From the NCBI GenBank assembly GCA_036604865.1, contig GCA_036604865.1_4856.1: 47,773 nucleotides of DNA. One strand, given 5' to 3'. Position 1 is the stretch's first letter, and the number at the start of each line of letters is the position of its first letter. This document shows positions 42,117 through 47,773 of the stretch, one piece after another. The position numbers and the translations under genes are program-made. Origin of the DNA: a phage. The notes under the pieces were generated by a model. The model saw only the letters and a list, made by a program, of their open reading frames with translations, was not told the origin of the DNA and searched no databases.

Positions 42117-44491
42117 TATTCGGTTGCTCTCCTGTTGGTGTTGTAGTTTCTTGAGATGGCTTGCCCTATTGGGCCATTTTCCGAAATATCACTAACAATA
42201 GTCTCAATCGTCACGCTGCCGTCACCGTTATCTCTGGCGCTACTGCTAACCTGCGCTGAGCTGTTATTGATGACGTTATTATAAACCACAACGCCACTGC
42301 CACTTCCGGTAATGTCTTTGTTGCTGATAACTGAGCCATCGTTACCGGGAATCATATACTGGCGACCGTTGGAAGCATGGAATATTTCAGGCAAGCCATT
42401 TTCTCCCACTTCGTACATGCTTCCGGCGCTAACAGGGCCACCATTTTTACGCTTGCCAGCAATACCCATCGCCAGTGCTCCGAGAACGGCACCTACCCCA
42501 ATTGCAGCTGCCCCGCCGAATGATCCGATTGATGCTACGATTGCCGCAGGAGTCCATGCCGCCGTGGTGGTGGCTGCCGCAGCAGTGGATGCTGCTGTTG
42601 TGGTTGCCAGTCCTGCCGTTTGCGCCGCCGTTGTGGTTGCCGTTGCCGAAACCTGCGCAGTCTGTCCCATAACAGCAGATTTAACCCACTGCACACCCAT
42701 TTCGACGAAACTATTTACTAGAGAGTTGAGTACCGTAGAGCCGAGACTGCGCATGGCATCCTGAACGCTCATTGTGCCTGTCAATAATCCGGTTATGCTG
42801 TTTGATGCCGTGCTCATTGCCGAATCAAGAGCGGTGCCGAACAGTTGCGCGCCGAGGCTTTGTTGCTGCCACTCAGCCCACATGGCGTCCATTCGCTGCT
42901 GGCGATATTGCGCTTCAATTGCTGCGCGAGTCTGCTCAATCTCTGTTATTTTTTGCGGATATGCTGTGGCGTATGCGTCAAGGTCATCCATGCGCTGCTG
43001 GTATTCACTATCAATGCCAGTTGTTGGCGACGCAATGCCGCGCAATCCCTGATATGACTTTTCTACGCGCTGCTTTTCCTTCTCCGCTTCTGCCTGCTCC
43101 TTCAGTGCATTTTTCTGGTCCCAAATCTTCGCAGCGTACTCGCCAGCAAGTTTTATCTGCTCCTGAGTGGCTGCTTTACCAAGCGATTGCTGCGCGTTGA
43201 GAATGGCTTGCTCGCGGGATAGTTCGCTGGTAGATGTTGCATTGAGCATGGTTTGCTGGCGTAATTTCTCCAGCTTTTCAGCAACTGACTCAGCTTGTCG
43301 TTCTTCGGCGCTTTTGCCTTTTCCTTTGCCTTTTTTGTCTTTGGTTGGTGCTTGTGCAATCTTCAGGTGTTTTGTTGCTTCAGCCTGTTTCTTTGTCTGC
43401 TCGTAACCTTCTTTTGACGCCTTAACGAATCGCTCGACTTGATCGTTATATTGTTTTTGCTTTTCAATATCGTCATCACCAAAAAGCGCATCAACTCCCA
43501 TTTGCGCCCATGCGCCCGGGTTTAATTTCGAGATAACCGTGGCGAGAGATAAAATCTTATCGCTTGTGCTGGTTGATTTATCACCGAGGAAATCAATGTA
43601 TTTTGCCAGCTGGTCGATAATCTCTACTGCTGTTTTTGATGCGCCAGTGGCATCGTTAACGGCAACTACAAGTTTGGAGAATGAAACCTCGAGAGAGCCG
43701 ACAGCCTGATCCATTGTGCGAGGAAGCTTTTCGAACTCAGCATTGACGACGCTTGTTCTGTCCTGAATGGCATTCAGTGCATCTTCTGCCGTCAGTTTTC
43801 CGTCAAGCATTCTGGCCCGAAGTTCACCCATTGAAATGCCAAGTCCAGCCGCAATCTGGCGCGCAAGTTCAGGCATCTGTTCAAGGATTGAGTTAAATTC
43901 TTCTGCACGTACTGTGCCTGATGCGATTGACTGACCAAACTGGCGCAGTGCGTTAGCCATTTCTTCGGTTGATGACCCGCCGATTCGACCTATTTTTTGC
44001 AGGGTATCTGTAAGGTTCAGAACCTGCGCATTTGTCGCGCCAGCCTCTTTCAGTGATGACGTCAATGTTTCCCACAACTTCGTGGTGTCGCTGAGGCTTG
44101 CGCCAGTGGTTGATGCGATATTTGCCAGTGTGCTGAATGTTTCGTTCGCGGTTTTTGCGTCAGTTGACAGGCGAGCAATCCTTGCCTGAAGCTGTGTCAT
44201 GTTATCGGCAACCTCAAGGAATCTCTTTCCCCATTCGATAATCAGTGATACTGATATTGCTCCAGCAAGAGCCGTCATCTGCGTTTTTAAACCAGAAACA
44301 GAGCCAGATAGTCCGCCGAATGTTTTGCCGGTTTTCTTTGCTGCGTTATCAACGCCATTAAGTGTATCGGTTGCTGACGTTCCTGATTTAACGAATCTTC
44401 CAAATTCATCTCGCGCGCGTTGCGTGCCTTTTTTTAGCCCCTCAACATCCATCCCGACTTCATAGACAATTCCGCCGACTTCTTCAGCCAT
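42116..44491 (-). CDS. tail tape measure protein
   Basis: 791 aa, long coiled-coil-like Ala/Gln/Glu-rich regions and Ala/Thr-rich low-complexity C-terminal part; position between chaperone and minor tail genes. Confidence 0.7.
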
Positions 44492-45207
44492 TATGTATTC
44501 CTCGCTTTTTTCGCTTTGCGTTCAGCCAGTTCCTTCATGCGCTCGCGGTCTGCTTTGGCCTGATCATACTCTGCTGCGCGCTCTTCTTTTGTTAACCCTT
44601 TCGGCTCTGGATATTTATTCTTAATCATCATCTGAAACTCTGTCATGGACAAGTTTTCAGCCTCATCGCGCGTCATGTCGAAATGCGTGCGTGCTGAGAT
44701 GATGTATTGCGACGCATGAAATTCGTTTGTGGTTTTCTTGCCCTGCTCTTCCAGTCGCTCAGGCACTTTGAGTGGAGACTTGCCAATGATGCCATGCTGC
44801 ATCAGGTTGCGCGCAATAATAATAATGTCGCTCACTGGCATTACTCCAGGAACATATCTCACACCGCGCGGTGTTGGCTTCCAGCTACCAATCAACACAG
44901 AAATATCATCTTCACAGCATGACTGCATGACAATATAGGCTGCACTCAGCACATGGCGACCATACACGGGCTTACTGATAGTCTTCATAACCTGCATCTG
45001 CGCACCAAATGGCAGGTATTCTACGTGCTGCAACGGTGCAACATAATCAATGCCATTGAGTCTGGCGTACACCTCAACAATTTCCTTTGGTGTGCCAATT
45101 TCATTCATTGCGCGGAATGATGGCTTAAAGAAAAAACTCCTGTCAGAAAGCGAGATGCGCATCTCCCCGATTTCTGTTAGTGGCGTGCGATTGCTCATGT
45201 TTTGCAT
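44491..45207 (-). CDS. putative tail assembly chaperone
   Basis: 238-aa ORF immediately upstream of tape measure gene (TAATG overlap); basic C-terminus; positional inference. Confidence 0.4.
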   Translation of the reverse strand: MQNMSNRTPLTEIGEMRISLSDRSFFFKPSFRAMNEIGTPKEIVEVYARLNGIDYVAPLQHVEYLPFGAQMQVMKTISKPVYGRHVLSAAYIVMQSCCEDDISVLIGSWKPTPRGVRYVPGVMPVSDIIIIARNLMQHGIIGKSPLKVPERLEEQGKKTTNEFHASQYIISARTHFDMTRDEAENLSMTEFQMMIKNKYPEPKGLTKEERAAEYDQAKADRERMKELAERKAKKARNT

Positions 45208-45247
45208 CCTGAATTTGACTGATGTTGATTATATCATCTCAGTGGTG

Positions 45248-45276
45248 TTGACACCTGCGAGGTGGTGATGTAGATT
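45248..45276 (+). promoter_or_regulatory. sigma70-type promoter TTGACA-17-TAGATT
   Basis: Consensus -35 ttgaca at 45248-45253, 17-nt spacer ending gtgatg, -10 tagatt at 45271-45276; 35 nt upstream of gene 45312. Confidence 0.6.
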
Positions 45277-45311
45277 CAAGTCATCGAAACGAGTGATGAA
45301 TGAGGTGAGTT

Positions 45312-45506
45312 ATGGATGTTGTTATTTTGTTGTTTTTTGTTGGATTAGTGATATTTGCTTATCTTCTCCCATCATTTGTGGCATTGCAAAGAAAGCACAC
45401 AAACACGACAGCAATCTGTGTACTGAATATTCTTGTCGGGTGGAGCTTTATTGGGTGGGTTGCAGCACTTGTCTGGGCATTAGTTAACAGTGGCGACAAA
45501 AAATGA
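45312..45506 (+). CDS. superinfection immunity (Imm-like) membrane protein
   Basis: YLLPSFVALQRKHTNTTAICVLNILVGWSFIGWVAALVWAL matches the superinfection-immunity family signature (LPS..A..R.H.N...I..LN.L.GW..IGW..AL.WAL). Confidence 0.6.
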   Translation: MDVVILLFFVGLVIFAYLLPSFVALQRKHTNTTAICVLNILVGWSFIGWVAALVWALVNSGDKK

Positions 45507-45646
45507 ACGAACAAACAAAAGCCGACCTGATTTTCTATACTGAACTGTATGTTGATGCAGGTTACGATTACGAAGAAGCCGAGCAGATGGCGAAAGACTT
45601 GCTTCGTGTGATTGGCGTGATTTTTGACGAGGATAAAGTGATATGA
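45503..45646 (+). CDS. hypothetical small acidic protein (47 aa)
   Basis: Not in ORF track; ATGA overlaps with both neighbouring genes. Confidence 0.35.
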   Translation: MNEQTKADLIFYTELYVDAGYDYEEAEQMAKDLLRVIGVIFDEDKVI

Positions 45647-45996
45647 AAAATTATGAAGATATGAGTGATTCACAAATAGCGCAAAAGGTTTTCTTTTTTG
45701 TGAGTGGCAATCTTTGCCCAAAAGGAGGGTTGGCTCATATCAGTTCAGATGGCTTTTTCTTTTTTGATGACAAGAACATTAAGCGAAAGTTTGACCCATG
45801 CAATAATCCAGAGGATGCCGGTCCTATTATTATTGAAAACAGAATTGGCACCATTCCAGCACCAGATAATGGATTATGGAAAGCCGCACACAGAAAGGTT
45901 GGCAACGATGATACGCCATACCATTTTACTCAAGATAAAAATCCACTCCGCGCCGCCATGATTGTCTTCCTTAAAATGAATGAGGATAAATTATGA
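45643..45996 (+). CDS. hypothetical protein
   Basis: 117-aa ORF in the plus cassette inside the tail module. Confidence 0.5.
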   Translation: MKNYEDMSDSQIAQKVFFFVSGNLCPKGGLAHISSDGFFFFDDKNIKRKFDPCNNPEDAGPIIIENRIGTIPAPDNGLWKAAHRKVGNDDTPYHFTQDKNPLRAAMIVFLKMNEDKL

Positions 45997-46202
45997 GCCA
46001 GTTGATTAAGTGCAGTGAGAGGATGCCACCAAAAATGACAGGGGTTATTGTAGCTACAGAGTTTGGTCATCGAGGCGACTGGCGGATGAAGTGGGCTACT
46101 TATATCCCGGGGCATCCTGACGCTGATGACGGGTGGATAATTCCAGGCGCTTCGTGGAAGCCATCTCACTGGATGCCTCCGCCTAAGCCACCGCAAGAAT
46201 AA
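45993..46202 (+). CDS. DUF551-like phage protein
   Basis: CSERMPPKM...W...HWMPPPKPP resembles the DUF551 pattern (Trp-rich, C-terminal HWMPLPxPP). Confidence 0.5.
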   Translation: MSQLIKCSERMPPKMTGVIVATEFGHRGDWRMKWATYIPGHPDADDGWIIPGASWKPSHWMPPPKPPQE

Positions 46203-46203
46203 A

Positions 46204-46231
46204 ACAAAGCCCCTTTCGGGGCTTTTTCTTT
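46204..46231. terminator. bidirectional rho-independent terminator (agcccc-tttc-ggggct then T-run)
   Basis: Hairpin 46208-46223 between the plus cassette and the major tail gene end. Confidence 0.55.
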
Positions 46232-46232
46232 A

Positions 46233-46949
46233 TCAGGATACGGTGCAAGCCGTGCTGATGATAATTTCAGGGTCAGTAGATGAATCCGTTACTGTGACGG
46301 TGTACACACCAGCGGTAGGACTTGTCAGCGTTGCACCAGATTCACCACCAACAACTACGCCATCTTTGCGCCACACGTAGGTGTAAGGAGAGACGCCTCC
46401 TTCAACAGCGACAGTTAACGGACTGCCGGTGCTGCCAGTTGGCGATAAGTCGGTAGTAAATTTTAGAGGCTCAAGGCTTTCGACGGTGACGCTGTCAGAA
46501 TCGTAAACCTTAAACTCAAGGCTGCCGGTTACGATGTCGTTCGTGCCACCTTCGTAGCTGATACTGGTGATGTTGCAATACGCAGTAACGATAGTGGCGC
46601 CAGTTACCTCACGCACCCACAATGAAGGCTGGCGACGTGCTTTAAGTTCAGTGGTGTAAATCTCAACCAGGCGATGGAAGCCAAATTCATCGCTCGGGTC
46701 ATTCTTGCGGATTTCAACCTCTGCGCTGATGGTCATATCAGAGCTGGTAACGAGAGTGGAAACAAAGCCGCCAGTGGTATCAGCTTCCGACGTAGTGGTC
46801 TGCGGCGAGTAGTCAACGCCTTTACTGGTGGTTGAGCCTAAATACTTCCAGTCTCCCGCCTCTGGAACTGCGTCACCACATCCCTCAGCAAGGAACAGTC
46901 GGGTCATGCGACCGACCAGAACACCTTTATCATTTGCACAAATAGCCAT
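46233..46949 (-). CDS. major tail protein with C-terminal Ig-like domain
   Basis: 238 aa with SD ggaga; C-terminal Thr/Val/Ser-rich beta-type segment TVAVEGGVSPYTYVWRKDG...TVTVTD resembles Big_2-type Ig domains on lambda V-like proteins. Confidence 0.65.
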   Translation of the reverse strand: MAICANDKGVLVGRMTRLFLAEGCGDAVPEAGDWKYLGSTTSKGVDYSPQTTTSEADTTGGFVSTLVTSSDMTISAEVEIRKNDPSDEFGFHRLVEIYTTELKARRQPSLWVREVTGATIVTAYCNITSISYEGGTNDIVTGSLEFKVYDSDSVTVESLEPLKFTTDLSPTGSTGSPLTVAVEGGVSPYTYVWRKDGVVVGGESGATLTSPTAGVYTVTVTDSSTDPEIIISTACTVS

Positions 46950-47000
46950 TTCGATCTCCGAATTGTGTTAGCTGCTAACGTGGTGATTATATCACAGGTG

Positions 47001-47029
47001 TTGACAGTGATTATTTTGTGGTGTAGATT
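47001..47029 (+). promoter_or_regulatory. sigma70-type promoter TTGACA-17-TAGATT driving the non-coding region and tRNA
   Basis: ttgaca at 47001-47006, 17-nt spacer ending gtggtg, tagatt at 47024-47029. Confidence 0.55.
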
Positions 47030-47641
47030 GTATTTCAGATAGTTTTCGTGAGCGACTTTGCGGACTTTTTAGAAACTGACCACAAAGATAAATGCAAACG
47101 ATGATGTTGTTCTGATGGCGGCGTAACAGCCTGTAAGTCAGCAAGGTCTTCCGATTCCTTGTAAACAAATTCGGCGCAGTGGCCCGCTGTGATTAATAAT
47201 GGGCACGCAACAAGCCCAGACGATATCTGAGTGGCTTAAAAAACAGATGGGAGCCGGTGGAATCCCGGCAAGTGGGTCTCATGTACCGAATGAACACATG
47301 ATGACGCGGGGAAAGAACCGTGACAGGAGGGAAGTAGACCCCGCGAACGCAACAGGTAAGAGCATTGGCGCATATAAGTGGAACTCGAACCCATTGCGCA
47401 GGCGACACAGACGTGTGTTTCAGTGCTCTTTCCGTTGTGGTAATGCGGCTATGCGCACGCGGCAAGGTAAAAACGCACTCCATTTGAATGTTGCCTGCTG
47501 GCTTTACCGACCAGCAATCTGGAGGCACCAGAGCCACAACACTTAACATCCAGCATTATCGCAATCATATGTAGGGGTATGTATGGGTTACGGGGCTGGA
47601 TGTTAAGAAAGCACGCTGGCAATGCTTAAACCAGCACTTAT

Positions 47642-47718
47642 GGACGCGTAGCTTAATTGGTTAAAGCAACCGACTCATAATCGGCTGATTGAAGGTTCAA
47701 ATCCGTCCGTGTCCACCA
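47642..47718 (+). tRNA. tRNA with anticodon CAU (Met, or Ile if lysidine-modified), CCA encoded
   Basis: Cloverleaf: 7-bp acceptor stem with one G-U, D arm gctt/aagc, anticodon loop cuCAUaa, T loop ttcaaat, one A-G mismatch in T stem, discriminator A plus CCA. Confidence 0.75.
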
Positions 47719-47773
47719 AATTAAAAGCCGCTTTATGCGGCTTTATTTATTTCACGACCCGCAAAAGCAACTC
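47647..47773. repeat. 127-bp direct repeat of window positions 1-127 (genome closure overlap or terminal redundancy)
   Basis: Exact identity read from the sequence: cgtagcttaattggttaaagc...cgcaaaagcaactc at both ends. Confidence 0.9.
47724..47753. terminator. rho-independent terminator after the tRNA (same element as 78-107)
   Basis: Identical sequence to 78-107 within the terminal repeat. Confidence 0.5.

Noticed and set aside
42312-43406. Several plus-strand ORFs (65-150 aa) inside the tape measure gene
   Set aside because: Antisense to a long coiled-coil gene; Ala/Pro/Cys-rich translations typical of shadow frames.
47193-47549. ORFs of 115-118 aa on both strands in the region upstream of the tRNA
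   Set aside because: No ribosome-binding site, frames open on both strands over the same span, and Arg/Cys/Pro-rich translations; treated as non-coding.

Overview
The window appears to be one complete genome of a tailed dsDNA phage of enterobacterial type (siphovirus-like, lambda-like tail gene order), about 47.6 kb. Bases 1-127 are repeated exactly at 47647-47773, so the window closes on itself (circular assembly overlap or terminal redundancy; unique length about 47,646 bp). All calls below are from reading the sequence and the supplied ORF track; no database search was run, so functional names rest on recognised motifs, gene order and remembered family signatures. Minus strand carries a near-contiguous late/structural block: terminase small and large subunits (22636-23055, 21086-22507), portal, head morphogenesis protein, scaffold/protease-like protein, major capsid protein (6464-7537), head-tail joining proteins, then across the window origin the major tail protein (46233-46949), tape measure, minor tail proteins, an NlpC/P60 tail protein, a J-like tip protein and a 790-aa tailspike with Asp-box motifs. 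A lambda R-like endolysin with embedded spanin pair sits at 13139-14311. Plus strand carries a replication/recombination module (26463-34986: AP2 protein, primase on the opposite strand, SF2 helicase, VRR-NUC, HNH-AP2 endonuclease, RecE-like exonuclease, Sak4-like ATPase, SSB). The late block is interrupted by several plus-strand cassettes with their own promoter and terminator, including one encoding a superinfection-immunity-like membrane protein. No integrase, repressor or CRISPR array was seen, so a virulent lifestyle is likely. Most worth follow-up: a promoter-driven ~600-nt apparently non-coding region ending in a tRNA(CAU); a recurring TAGATTG promoter-associated motif; an iteron-rich origin-like region at 26.08-26.46 kb; and a T5orf172-like gene split by a single frameshift. 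I could not identify any one element as a clearly new system; the candidates are listed as hypotheses.
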